From: Pseudomonadota bacterium
Lineage (GTDB): Bacteria > Bdellovibrionota_C > UBA2361 > OMII01
Assembly: GCA_038134595.1 (NCBI GenBank)
Contig: JAYPVM010000001.1
Location: forward strand, 291,359-355,358
DNA: 64,000 nucleotides
Reading direction: 5' to 3'
Of this stretch, positions 47,757-58,010 are shown piece by piece. A model generated the notes under the pieces. The model was not told the DNA's origin and did no database searches. It saw only the letters and a program-made list of their open reading frames with translations. Within the stretch, counting starts at the first letter, position 1. Each line of letters starts with the position of its first letter. Made by a program: the position numbers and the translations under genes.

Positions 47757-50159
47757 ATGCTGAAGAAGTTTCTTTTATTCATACTGGTGGTGGCTACTAG
47801 CCTCGGTCTTGTGAGTACCCTGTTTGCAACCTGGGGTTATTACTTTCTGACCCGCGATCTCCCGCATTTTAGCCGCATTGAGGATTATAAGCCGCCAGCG
47901 GTAACGCAGGTGCTGTCTCGTGACGGAACGTTGATGGCAGAGTTCTATACAGAACGCCGATATCCAGTAAAGCTTATCGAAGTACCAGATATGGTTCGAA
48001 AGGCATTTCTAGCAGCGGAAGATGCTTCGTTTTATTCCCATCACGGCATTGATCCAGTCAGTATAGCACGGGCGATTTACAAGAATTTGCAGAGTGGGAA
48101 TGTAAAACAGGGGGCTTCGACGATAACCCAGCAGGTGGTAAAGAACCTTCTTCTTACTCCAGAAAAAAGCCTAATTCGAAAAGCAAAGGAGGCGATTCTT
48201 TCCTACCGCTTGGAGCTGCGCTTTAAAAAAGATGAGATATTCGAGATATATCTCAATCAGATTTTTTTCGGCAATAGCGCGTACGGATTAAAGGCTGCTG
48301 CTACGATCTATTTTCACAAAAACCTCTCGGAGCTGACCTTAGCAGAGGCAGCCCTTCTGGCTGGATTACCCAAGGGGCCTAGTAGCTATTCTCCTCTGCG
48401 GCACATGGATAGAGCCAAGAGGCGCCAGGCTCAAGTTCTAAAACAGATGGAAGAGGCCGGATTTATTTCAGCTAGTGAGCGTCTTGATGCGCGAACAGAA
48501 GAGCTTCATGTTTATCCTGCCTCGCAGAAAAATATTTTTGCATCACCGTATTATGTTGGGGAGATTCGGAGGAAGTTTGCGGAGCGTTGGGACGAGCTTG
48601 ATATTGACTCTGAAGGCCTCACGATTGAAACGGCGGTGGACACAACCGCTGATTTGTATGCACAGCGAGCACTACAAGAGGGATTGCGGGCTGTCGATAA
48701 AAGAAGAGGTTGGCGAGGGCCGGTGTCTCATATGACAGAGCAGGAATATAGTGACCGATATGGAGATATTGCATTGCCAGAGGACGAGCCATTGCCGGCC
48801 TTTGTGACTAGTGTGCTTAAGCATAGCGCTCGTGTGCGCGTGGCTTCAAAAGAGCTGACAGTTGACCTCTCAAAAGCGAGATGGGCGAAGAAGTTTCTAC
48901 GTTCGGATGAATCGTATCATTTCGTGAATCCTCTTTCGCTACTTAAGACCGGCGATATCATTGAGGTTACACTCCATAAAACAAAAGATAAGCTTGTTGC
49001 AACACTTGATCAAACTCCTGAATTAGAGGGGGCGTTGGTTCTACTAGACCCCTTTTCGGGCGAGGTGTTGGCGATGGCCGGAGGATACGATTATTCGAAG
49101 AGCCAATTTAATCGTGTTACGCAGGGGCTTCGCCAGCCGGGTTCATCGTTTAAGCCTGTTGTGTACCTAACAGCTGTTGATAAGTTTAAATACACACCGG
49201 CCACGATCGTCAGTGATGCTCCACGAACATTTCGAGTCGGGGATGATGTCTGGACTCCTGGAAATTACGATGGAACATTTCTTGGTGGTATTACGTTACG
49301 GACAGCGTTGGAACGTTCGCGGAATCTTGTCTCTGCAGATATCGTCTCCCGAATCGGTGTCGATTCAGTGATTGATTATGCCAGGCGATTGGGTATTACA
49401 AGTCCCCTTGGCCGGAACCTGTCGTTATCTCTTGGTAGTAGTGAAGTAGCGCCACTTGAGATAGCGCGGGCATACGGAGCGTTCCCAGCAAAGGGGATTC
49501 TTCGCGATTCAGTATTTATTACAAAAATCACCGACCGGTTCGGGCGAGTCGTGTATGATTTTCGGTCTGACGGTGATCCAGGGCGTCGTGCTATCGACGA
49601 GGACAGCGCTTTTATAATGGCTAATATGATGCGTGGTGTTGTAGAACGGGGAACGGGAAGAAGAGTTAGTCAATTGAAGCGTCCCGCGGCGGGTAAGACA
49701 GGAACGTCAAACGATCAAATGGATGCGTGGTTTGTTGGCTACACACCTCGATGGGTTTGTGGAGTATGGGTGGGTTTTGATCAGAAAAAAACCATCGGTC
49801 CGAAAGAAACGGGAGGGGCTGTTTCAGCGCCGATATGGCTCAATTTTATGAAGCAGTTTATCGAAAGGCAAGAGGAATTGGTGCGCGAAAAAATAGGACA
49901 ACAGGCAAAAGAAGAAGCGGAGTTACTTGGAGTGTCGTATCAAGCTCCCGCAAAGGTTGAAGCCCCTGATTTTCTTCCTACCGATGGGGTAGAACCATAT
50001 TGGATATCAAAAGAGAAGGGCTATCGAGTATCGCCATCTGAGGAAGGTGCGTTTTTAGAGTATTTTATTAAGGGCACCGAGCCAGAACAGGAGCCGAGAC
50101 CGGTAGATCAAGATGGCGTTACATCTACGAGCTCCTATCTAGAATCTCCAGACCTTTAA
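47757..50159 (+). CDS. mrcA: penicillin-binding protein 1A (bifunctional transglycosylase/transpeptidase)
   Basis: AAEDASFYSHHG, GASTITQQVVKN, RKAKE; GSSFKP (SxxK), SRN, GKTGT; OB-like insertion. Confidence 0.95.
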   Translation: MLKKFLLFILVVATSLGLVSTLFATWGYYFLTRDLPHFSRIEDYKPPAVTQVLSRDGTLMAEFYTERRYPVKLIEVPDMVRKAFLAAEDASFYSHHGIDPVSIARAIYKNLQSGNVKQGASTITQQVVKNLLLTPEKSLIRKAKEAILSYRLELRFKKDEIFEIYLNQIFFGNSAYGLKAAATIYFHKNLSELTLAEAALLAGLPKGPSSYSPLRHMDRAKRRQAQVLKQMEEAGFISASERLDARTEELHVYPASQKNIFASPYYVGEIRRKFAERWDELDIDSEGLTIETAVDTTADLYAQRALQEGLRAVDKRRGWRGPVSHMTEQEYSDRYGDIALPEDEPLPAFVTSVLKHSARVRVASKELTVDLSKARWAKKFLRSDESYHFVNPLSLLKTGDIIEVTLHKTKDKLVATLDQTPELEGALVLLDPFSGEVLAMAGGYDYSKSQFNRVTQGLRQPGSSFKPVVYLTAVDKFKYTPATIVSDAPRTFRVGDDVWTPGNYDGTFLGGITLRTALERSRNLVSADIVSRIGVDSVIDYARRLGITSPLGRNLSLSLGSSEVAPLEIARAYGAFPAKGILRDSVFITKITDRFGRVVYDFRSDGDPGRRAIDEDSAFIMANMMRGVVERGTGRRVSQLKRPAAGKTGTSNDQMDAWFVGYTPRWVCGVWVGFDQKKTIGPKETGGAVSAPIWLNFMKQFIERQEELVREKIGQQAKEEAELLGVSYQAPAKVEAPDFLPTDGVEPYWISKEKGYRVSPSEEGAFLEYFIKGTEPEQEPRPVDQDGVTSTSSYLESPDL

Positions 50160-50190
50160 GGTCTCATATAATGCTCTTTGCTTAGTCTGT

Positions 50191-50811
50191 TTATCTACCA
50201 CCCTCACGAATAAAGACCGTGAGCTTGGTGATTATAGACTTCGAGCTTAGTTTATCGAGGGTTGTTGAGCCCCCAACTAGTTTTCCAAAGATCGTATAAC
50301 GACCGTCCATGTGGGGAGCGTCTCCTAAAAGAATATGAAATTGACTGCCACTTGATTCTCGTTGCGGGTTTATTAGTTTGTTTTTGTTGTCGTATCCATC
50401 CGGCCTTCTAGCCATCCCGAGAACTCCACGTTTGTGATTTCGTTGGGTGAATTCAGGTGGTAGTGAATAGCCAGGACCACCGTAGCCGTTGTTTTTAGGG
50501 TCTCCGCCTTGAATGATATAGCCAGCTTTGAAGAAGTGAAAACGAAGGCCGTCGTAAAAATGTTTGTCTGCGAGATATTTAAAATTAGCTACGTGCCAAG
50601 GTGCCTCCTCAGGTAGGAGTTCGAAGAAGAGGTCTCCTTCGCTCGTTTCAAGGATAGCACTTCTAATCTTTAGTATTTCGGAGCGTTGGGGGAGGGCAAA
50701 GGGAATTCCTGTTTGTGCATAGAGATTGCAACGTGTCGATGTTGCCAAAAAGGCAATAACGAGCACTAAGAGCTTGAGTGTGCATGGGAATGTGAGTTGG
50801 TTGTGTAACAT
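50191..50811 (-). CDS. cyclophilin-type peptidyl-prolyl isomerase family protein (exported)
   Basis: AP-x-HVANF, FYDG, IQGGDP, GGPGY, GMAR, SGSQF, MDGRYTIFG. Confidence 0.9.
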   Translation of the reverse strand: MLHNQLTFPCTLKLLVLVIAFLATSTRCNLYAQTGIPFALPQRSEILKIRSAILETSEGDLFFELLPEEAPWHVANFKYLADKHFYDGLRFHFFKAGYIIQGGDPKNNGYGGPGYSLPPEFTQRNHKRGVLGMARRPDGYDNKNKLINPQRESSGSQFHILLGDAPHMDGRYTIFGKLVGGSTTLDKLSSKSIITKLTVFIREGGR

Positions 50812-51059
50812 GTTTTGTCTGAGTCTTCGGTGTCCCTTTTAATAAGTATATAGTATACCACTAGTTTTTCGTATGTCGGGCTCTTGAAATACTAGATTAG
50901 GCACTTTCCTTCTTGGCGATCGACATAAAACCTCCTTATACTATAACTTATTTAAGATGCTAAAAAAAATCATATCCCGCTTGTCGTATGGTGTTTGGAG
51001 CTCGCAAAAGAATCGACCGTAAGAGGGCTCATATGATAGGAGGGAACACATAAGAAGGC

Positions 51060-53222
51060 ATGAGGACTCGGCACTTACACCACAGTGTTCACAGAATCTT
51101 TTCTCAGCTCTTTGCTGGGTTCATTGCCGTATGCGCGATATGGTTATGCAGTGCTTCGGCAGAGAGTGACTCCTTGTCTGAGCCTAAAACCAAGCTCGAT
51201 GTGGTTTTACTTTTCGATGCATCGGGAAGTATGCTCAAAACAGACCCAAAGGACTTGCGATTGCAAGGGGCTAGCTTGCTCTTTTCATTTTTGAGAGAAG
51301 ATGATCAGTTGGGTATTGTGAGTTTCTCGGATACGGCCTCTGTTCAACGAGAATTACAGCCGTTCTCGCCATCGCGATCACAGACTATTCTCGCAGACAT
51401 TAAGAACGTTCAAACAATCGGACGATATACTGACATAGCCGCAGGGATCAGCCTATCCAAGGCACTACTAGCGACGTCGAATCGGCCGGAAGCCCAGCAG
51501 GTCATAGTGTTGCTTTCAGATGGTAAGAATGAACCTGACCCCAAAAATGGACCTGTGTTCGCCGCAACCTTACAATTGGTTCACGATATTTTACCCGACC
51601 TTCGTTCCCGAGAGGTTAAGGTCTTTACAATGGCGCTGAGTGACGAAGCCGACCGAGCTTTTTTGGGCGAGGTTTCTGCAGCAACAAACGGACTGACGTG
51701 GTTTGCTAAAGATGCTGAAAGTATTCATAAAGCGTATGCCGATCTTTTTCTTGCACTGAAACGTCCCCAAATAATCAACCAAAAAGGCCACGATTTCTTA
51801 CTCGAGGAGGAGTATCCTGAGGTCACGTTTTATATTAATCATGGGGAGAATGAGACGTTAACTCTTGTCACTCCCCGAGGGAGTGCGCTCACAGAGCAGA
51901 ATCATCCTGATTACATTGTCTGGCACGGTGCTAAGAAGTTTGATGTGATTACCGTAAAGTTTCCCGATCGCGGCACCTGGCAGGTGGTTGGCACCGAGGA
52001 GAACGATGGATTCGCGGCACTCCTAAGTGAGCTTAGAGTTTTGACTGACTGGCCGATTAGTGTGCACGAGGATGAAGCAACGACCGTGAAAGCGCGCTTG
52101 TATGATTCAAATAAGCCAATCGCCCTTCCCGAAATGAGTCAATTAGTAAAGGTAGGATTTCAGATTACTCCGATGGATAAAGTGGCGTATCCAATCATGC
52201 GCAAGATGCTAAACGATATCGGAAAAGATGGCGATGAAGTGGCGGGGGATGGCATCTTTTCGTTTGAAATGAAGGTGCCGGCCCCTGGAAGTTATAAAAT
52301 GACCGTTACGGCGAAGGCTCCCACCTTTCAACGTTCTCAGCAGATTCCGTTTGTGGTGCGACCTCGGCGTTTAACGCTTTCTGTCAATGCGCATGGAGAC
52401 AAACCCTCTTCGCATTCATCGAAGCACGCACATCAAGACGGAGAAGAGGGTAGTTCTGACTCACACTTTTCGGTCACTCTCTCAAAGGAGGTTCTGACAT
52501 ATAAAAAGCTCGAGCTTTTTTTACACGCTAAGGCCCATAACGGTGAGCATGTGAAGCTCCCGATTGTTGAGCGTGGTTCTTTGAGAGAGTACGAGGTGTC
52601 GGCTGAAGGCCTCCCTCATGTTGGGGCGTATACGATATATGCGGCATTAGAAGCCAGGGATAAATCGGGTAAAAGGATTGAGGCTAGAAGCAACGAGATT
52701 CATTTTACGTTAAATAAGTTGGCGGCGCAGCCCACAGTCTCGCATGACAAGGAGCAAGTGCCCGATGAAGATGACCACATATCAGCTCGTGAGAGTCTTA
52801 AGGAGATTTTGCTTCCGGTGGCTCTAGTGACCGGTGCTAACATTGTTGTCGTTGTTGTCTTTGTTGTGTTTGTTTCCAAAAAATCGAAGAAGAAAAAAGG
52901 CGATATAAAACGCTACATTCCAAACAAGCAGCTTATTGATGCCGTAGCAACGATTCAGGAGGCGACGACATACGTAGACGTCGATTTTAATCACCCTGCA
53001 TTTACTACTCCCGTTGCTGGGGAGCAGGAGATCGCTGAGGAGGAGCAGGTTAGGGATGGTGATGCGGACGGCGTTGAGGAAGAGACTCCGCTAACTAGTC
53101 CAGGGGCTCAAGAAGATGAGGGTAACGTTGAAGAAACGTCGGCTCCGAAGGATTTGACTCAGAATTCTGAATCGGTTCCTGAGGCAGGAGACGAACAGAA
53201 GAGCCAACAGGAGGATGAATAG
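51060..53222 (+). CDS. exported vWA-domain membrane protein
   Basis: Signal peptide, DASGS MIDAS, T-x-I, LLSDG; D-x-G-x-x-GD-x-x-AGDGIFS Ca-binding-like motif; TM followed by KKSKKKK and an acidic tail. Confidence 0.85.
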   Translation: MRTRHLHHSVHRIFSQLFAGFIAVCAIWLCSASAESDSLSEPKTKLDVVLLFDASGSMLKTDPKDLRLQGASLLFSFLREDDQLGIVSFSDTASVQRELQPFSPSRSQTILADIKNVQTIGRYTDIAAGISLSKALLATSNRPEAQQVIVLLSDGKNEPDPKNGPVFAATLQLVHDILPDLRSREVKVFTMALSDEADRAFLGEVSAATNGLTWFAKDAESIHKAYADLFLALKRPQIINQKGHDFLLEEEYPEVTFYINHGENETLTLVTPRGSALTEQNHPDYIVWHGAKKFDVITVKFPDRGTWQVVGTEENDGFAALLSELRVLTDWPISVHEDEATTVKARLYDSNKPIALPEMSQLVKVGFQITPMDKVAYPIMRKMLNDIGKDGDEVAGDGIFSFEMKVPAPGSYKMTVTAKAPTFQRSQQIPFVVRPRRLTLSVNAHGDKPSSHSSKHAHQDGEEGSSDSHFSVTLSKEVLTYKKLELFLHAKAHNGEHVKLPIVERGSLREYEVSAEGLPHVGAYTIYAALEARDKSGKRIEARSNEIHFTLNKLAAQPTVSHDKEQVPDEDDHISARESLKEILLPVALVTGANIVVVVVFVVFVSKKSKKKKGDIKRYIPNKQLIDAVATIQEATTYVDVDFNHPAFTTPVAGEQEIAEEEQVRDGDADGVEEETPLTSPGAQEDEGNVEETSAPKDLTQNSESVPEAGDEQKSQQEDE

Positions 53223-53225
53223 ACT

Positions 53226-53882
53226 ATGGAAGTGCTACTTCTTGCCATAGCATCGCTACAGCTAGCTGTTATCTTTTTTGTGGTGTTTACAAAAGCGCGT
53301 CGAATGAATGATGCCAATCGTGAGATTTCGGAACATCTTGAGGATGAGATCCGTCAGAAGCGTGAGTTAGTTGCTGCGGTCGACGAGGCCCGGGAGGAAT
53401 TGGTTTCGGAGGATGAGTTTCACCTTCTTGCTAGGAAATATCAGGTGGCATTAGATATCCTTAAAGAGGAGCAGAGTAAGTATGTAATAGCACAGGCTGA
53501 GCTCGAGTCGCTTGATAATCGATTGCGGGAGCTTGATGAGGTTTCTCGAGAGCTCCAAGCTAGCTCAACAGAAAGCAAAGAAGAGCTTAAGATTCTGGAA
53601 AAAAAGCAGAGTGAACTAAAGCATAAAAACGACGAACTTAAGGTTCAAATTCAGGATTCAGTCAAAAAGATAGAAGAGCTTGTTGCTGAGATAGAGCTGA
53701 CTGTTCAGATGAAAGAGCAGGTGGCGAGAATGAAGTCAGATCTTGTTTCGACAGAGGAGCGAATAGATTCTACGATGGTCGAAATTGATGGTATCAATGA
53801 GCAGTATTTTCGTATGAAGCGGAAATACGACGCATTAGATGTGGAGTTTGCACAACTCTTTCAACAACTTTCAGAGCAGTAG
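53226..53882 (+). CDS. membrane-anchored coiled-coil protein
   Basis: N-terminal TM and ~190 aa of E/K/L heptad-rich helix; starts 3 nt after the vWA gene. Confidence 0.75.
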   Translation: MEVLLLAIASLQLAVIFFVVFTKARRMNDANREISEHLEDEIRQKRELVAAVDEAREELVSEDEFHLLARKYQVALDILKEEQSKYVIAQAELESLDNRLRELDEVSRELQASSTESKEELKILEKKQSELKHKNDELKVQIQDSVKKIEELVAEIELTVQMKEQVARMKSDLVSTEERIDSTMVEIDGINEQYFRMKRKYDALDVEFAQLFQQLSEQ

Positions 53883-53894
53883 TTTTTCTCGTTA

Positions 53895-56204
53895 TTAAAG
53901 CATATCGTGAGGGTCGAGGTCATATGCGATGCGAACGGCCGATGTTGACGGATGTGCTTTTTTGATAATTTTCAATACTCGGTGGATGTCCGAGAGAGTA
54001 CTTCCTTTTAGCAAAAGATGAAACCTCCAGAGGGTCCGAACTTTTTCCATCGGTGCTGGTGCTGGACCCAAGAGTGTTATGTCTAGTGGTTGTATGAGGC
54101 GCTCTATTTCTCTGGCAATGGTGTTAATTTTTATTTGGGCGGTAGATTTCTCCGAGGCGGAAACGATGATTCGCAAGATTTTCTGAAAAGGAGGATAGTT
54201 TAATGACTGACGCATGGAGAGTTCATAGTCTGCAAATTTTTCGTATTGATGAGCTGCAGTTGCGATGAGACTCGGATGACTGGGTACTCGTGTCTGGAGC
54301 ACGACAGCGCCGGTTGTGGTGCGTCTACCAGCGCGACCGGCAACTTGTGTAAGGAGCTGTAGCGCTCGCTCGCCAGCCCGAAAATCAGGCATATGGAGAC
54401 CCACATCGCAATCTACGACTCCAACAAAATTCACACCAGGCAAGTCGTGCCCTTTGGCTATCATTTGCGTTCCCACTAGAATGTCGACAGCCCTTTCGCG
54501 CACGTTGGTGAGAATCTCAACGTAGTCAGATATCGTTGAAGCGGAGTCTCTATCTAGCGTTGCTATCCGTGCGTTAGGAAATAGCTCGCGAAGCTCGTCA
54601 TACACCCTTTCTGTGCCGGCACCTCGTTGGGTAAAGAGTGGAGTATCTTCCTTAGTCGGATGCTTTGTTGCGCCGCATTGATTGCAAACACTAGGAGGAA
54701 GAAGCGAGAAGTTGCATTGATGACAGAGACCTAGGTTTTCATTCTTATGGTAGGTGAGCGTGACGCTACAATGTGGACAGCCAACCACATATTCGCAACA
54801 GGAGCATTGAAGATAGCTTGCAAAGCCGCGTTTGTTGTAGAGCACAAAAGCTTGGTCTCCGCGTTCGAGAGTTTCTTGAAGTTTTTGATAGAATTCCGGG
54901 GATATATTTCTCGATTTCATTTCCCACGGTTTTGTCTTGTTTAGGTCTACAATGGTGCAATCAGGTTGGGGCGCATCGAAGAATTTTGTTGTTAATGGCA
55001 GATACAGGTATTTACCTGAGCGAGCATTGTGAAAGGTTTCAAGGGAAGGGGTTGCTGACCCGAGAAGGATTGGACAGTTCGATAGTTGCGCGCGTACTAC
55101 GGCAAGGTCTCTTCCGTTGTAACGAATTCCGTCTCCTTGTTTAAAGGAAGAGTCATGCTCTTCATCCACGATTATGAGACCCAAGTTGTGCATTGGAGCA
55201 AAGACACCAGAGCGAGCTCCGATAGCAACCTTGACTCTGCCGCGCACAAGGTTAGTCCAATGTCTCCAGCGCTCTTTTGGCTTAAGGCTGCTGTGCAAGA
55301 CCGCTACCGGGGCTTGCAGGCGAGATATAAAACGCTCAGTTAACTGAGGTGTTAGAGCAATCTCGGGAACGATGATTAAAGCTGATTTCCCCTGTGCGAG
55401 TACGTCTATTATCAGTGATAAATAAACCTCTGTTTTTCCGCTTCCTGTAACTCCGTGGAGTAAGCCTGCAACAAATGAAGAGTCGTAGAGATAGTTTGCT
55501 ATCAGGGTCGTAGCAGCTTGCTGTTCCGGATTAAGGATAAGGGGCGATGGTGTAGCTTGAGCGACAGTCGGGGTAGGAAGAGGTAGATCTTCAGGTGACA
55601 CTACGTGCTCTTGAATAACTCCCTTTGTGACAAGGGAGCGGATGGTTGGGGCAGAGGCGCTACATTCTTTTTTTAGCACGGAGCCTTCGATGGGGGCAGG
55701 CTCGCGTGCCAGATAATCGACAATAGTCTGCTGAACCTTACCGAATTTCGATGGGGTGTTGTCCCCCTGTTTTTTCGTCTCGACGAGGCTATAGGTGCGC
55801 AAGGGCTTTTCAAGTACAGGTTTTGGAACCGCTAACTCAAGTATCCGAGATAGCGGTTCTACATAGTACTTAGCGATCCAACGATAAAATGGCAGGTGTG
55901 CCTGATCAAATGCTCGGGTATAAAGCTTGGCCTCATCGATACACTTGATTGCAACGGAGTTCTTTTTCATTTCCTCATAGGAGGATCGTTCTAGTTCCGA
56001 ATTAACCGAGAGAACAAAGGCCTGTGTGACACGTCTTCTAAACGGGACTTCAATCAAGTCACCTGTTTGCAGGTTGGGAAATGCAGAGGAATCAAATGCA
56101 TACAGATATTCTCCTGCTAACGGCGGAACGACTACCGTGACAAGATCCGTGGTCGTAGATCTGTCAGGAAGTGCCGATTCAAATAGAAGAGGTGTGCTAA
56201 CCAT
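53895..56204 (-). CDS. priA: primosomal protein N' (replication restart helicase)
   Basis: GVTGSGKTEVY, VPEIALTPQ, DEEHD, SATPS, four CxxC pairs, GTQMIAKG, QVAGRAGR. Confidence 0.98.
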   Translation of the reverse strand: MVSTPLLFESALPDRSTTTDLVTVVVPPLAGEYLYAFDSSAFPNLQTGDLIEVPFRRRVTQAFVLSVNSELERSSYEEMKKNSVAIKCIDEAKLYTRAFDQAHLPFYRWIAKYYVEPLSRILELAVPKPVLEKPLRTYSLVETKKQGDNTPSKFGKVQQTIVDYLAREPAPIEGSVLKKECSASAPTIRSLVTKGVIQEHVVSPEDLPLPTPTVAQATPSPLILNPEQQAATTLIANYLYDSSFVAGLLHGVTGSGKTEVYLSLIIDVLAQGKSALIIVPEIALTPQLTERFISRLQAPVAVLHSSLKPKERWRHWTNLVRGRVKVAIGARSGVFAPMHNLGLIIVDEEHDSSFKQGDGIRYNGRDLAVVRAQLSNCPILLGSATPSLETFHNARSGKYLYLPLTTKFFDAPQPDCTIVDLNKTKPWEMKSRNISPEFYQKLQETLERGDQAFVLYNKRGFASYLQCSCCEYVVGCPHCSVTLTYHKNENLGLCHQCNFSLLPPSVCNQCGATKHPTKEDTPLFTQRGAGTERVYDELRELFPNARIATLDRDSASTISDYVEILTNVRERAVDILVGTQMIAKGHDLPGVNFVGVVDCDVGLHMPDFRAGERALQLLTQVAGRAGRRTTTGAVVLQTRVPSHPSLIATAAHQYEKFADYELSMRQSLNYPPFQKILRIIVSASEKSTAQIKINTIAREIERLIQPLDITLLGPAPAPMEKVRTLWRFHLLLKGSTLSDIHRVLKIIKKAHPSTSAVRIAYDLDPHDML

Positions 56205-56229
56205 GGGAGAATGCGAATGTTTTTCCTGA

Positions 56230-56259
56230 ATTCTATCGTTTCGGCCGCTTGTTTGTAAA
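56230..56259 (-). promoter_or_regulatory. putative sigma70 promoter of priA
   Basis: Minus strand TTTACA-N18-TAGAAT. Confidence 0.45.
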
Positions 56260-56399
56260 GAATAGGCTTGTGGAATTTGCCATTTGATTTAAGTGCAACG
56301 GAGACAACTTTACCCTCGATTTATCGATAGCTCTCCGGAAAGCAGCTTTGTGAAAGGCGTTCATATGACTCTGCTCGGTCGGTTTTAGACGGGATACGT

Positions 56400-57389
56400 A
56401 TGTTTTTTTTTCCTGCTCGGAAAGTCCAACATGTGGCGATAGTTTTCTGTGAGAGAGTGGTTCGATCCTTATCGATTGTGTCTGACCGAGGTCGAATAGA
56501 GGGCCTCGCTGTGCAGTGTTTTTCGTTGCCGAAACGGACGATTGATAATGTTTCAGGTACGCTCGTCCTTTCGGATGATAGTAAGGCAGCGCTCGAGAGC
56601 CTCGTATCGTTTTGTATGAGAGATAAGTGTCGACGGTTGGTTTATATGGCGTTACCCGAAGAGGCGTCTTATTGGTGTGCGGATATGTCTTCGGAGGTCG
56701 AGAAATTTGGCCGTGAAATCGATGAGCTGGCAGTATGGTGCAAACAGCCCGTTATAAGTTCTCAGATTGATCTAGGAGGTAACGGTAGGAATCGTGATGA
56801 AAAACTCTATATAGCAGTGCGCAGAAGAGTAATCGATGGATACCTAAGGTTCTTAAGTCCACTTGCTCCTGATGTTTATGGGATTGCCACACAACATCTC
56901 GCACAAATCCAAGCATCAAGTGATGGTAAAGGTTTATACAAAAATACGCCACGAATCTTTCTTGGAGGGGATAGGGAATCTGCCATATTCAGTTTGTGGA
57001 GTGGCCAAAGATTATTGCAAAAAGAACGTTTGAGGGCCGTAGCATCCTGTGGTGAGGATGGAAACCATAACGCCTTTGAAGAATCGATTGTTCGGAGTAT
57101 GGAGGCGATAGTTGAGGCTTCAAATATCTCGCTGGAAGAGGTTTTTCTATGTGGCAGGGTTGAGAAGCAGATGATTGAGAGGTTTTCTCAAAGGTCTATG
57201 CATATAGAAATACCTAGCTGGAGGCGCCAAAGAGAGAACAAGCAGATGTCTTTGGCTCAAACAGATTTAGATGATGTGGAGAAAGGACTTTTTGATGAGT
57301 GTATCGGACTTATCGGCATGTATCAAAGAGATCTCTGGCAACCTCTTACCAGAAAGATGTGCGATGCAGATAAATCTCTTGCCATTTGA
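56400..57389 (+). CDS. highly diverged PilM-like protein
   Basis: First gene before pilN/pilO/pilQ; remnants 'YIAVRRRVIDGY', 'EEVFLCG', 'CIGL'; no clear GxDIG motif. Confidence 0.5.
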   Translation: MFFFPARKVQHVAIVFCERVVRSLSIVSDRGRIEGLAVQCFSLPKRTIDNVSGTLVLSDDSKAALESLVSFCMRDKCRRLVYMALPEEASYWCADMSSEVEKFGREIDELAVWCKQPVISSQIDLGGNGRNRDEKLYIAVRRRVIDGYLRFLSPLAPDVYGIATQHLAQIQASSDGKGLYKNTPRIFLGGDRESAIFSLWSGQRLLQKERLRAVASCGEDGNHNAFEESIVRSMEAIVEASNISLEEVFLCGRVEKQMIERFSQRSMHIEIPSWRRQRENKQMSLAQTDLDDVEKGLFDECIGLIGMYQRDLWQPLTRKMCDADKSLAI

Positions 57390-57915
57390 GAATGTGGCGT
57401 ATCATATCGGACAGCAGCGATGTAGGCGGTTGTTTGTTCCGATTTTTCTTACCGTAGCGATATCCTCGTTTGTTATCTGCATATTGCTGTTGTCAGATGC
57501 AGCGGGCTCTAATGATGAATCTACTGAGAGACAAGATGTTTTATTGCAGAGTGTCCTAGAGAGAGTGAAAAAACTCTCAAAAGAGATCGAGCAGGAATAT
57601 GCGAAGTTGCAGATGCAGAAAGAACGCATCAGACAGCGAGCTCGGCCAGTAATACTTCTAGATGAAATTGCTCGAAGACTACCCGGAGAAATTGCTCTGT
57701 TGGAGATTCGGTACAAAACCTCAGGCGCATGGTTTCGAGGGATAGCCCAGAATCAGGATGTGCTCATGGAATTTAAAGATTCTCTTGAGTCCCTTGCAGC
57801 CGGTAGCTCTACAGTAATTCGCCGGACGGCTTGGGAGCAATTGGAAGGACGCATGAGTTTGGTATTTGAGTTAGATGTGAGTTTTGGTTCGCATGAGTTG
57901 AAAGGGAAGGGGTAA
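57364..57915 (+). CDS. pilN: type IV pilus assembly protein PilN-like
   Basis: Start re-called at MQINLLP (PilN N-terminal motif); TM, coiled coil, LDEIARRLP, G-x-A. Confidence 0.8.
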   Translation: MQINLLPFENVAYHIGQQRCRRLFVPIFLTVAISSFVICILLLSDAAGSNDESTERQDVLLQSVLERVKKLSKEIEQEYAKLQMQKERIRQRARPVILLDEIARRLPGEIALLEIRYKTSGAWFRGIAQNQDVLMEFKDSLESLAAGSSTVIRRTAWEQLEGRMSLVFELDVSFGSHELKGKG

Positions 57916-58010
57916 AAACTGTTCGTAAGAATGCATATACAAACGCATGAAACGTTTTGAGCGCTAGTGGCTTGTGGAAATTATAGAAGATAGAAAAGAG
58001 CAGGTGAGTC

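Noticed and set aside
50928..50958. AT-rich segment resembling a dif (XerCD) site
   Set aside because: Too many mismatches in both arms; more likely part of a divergent promoter.
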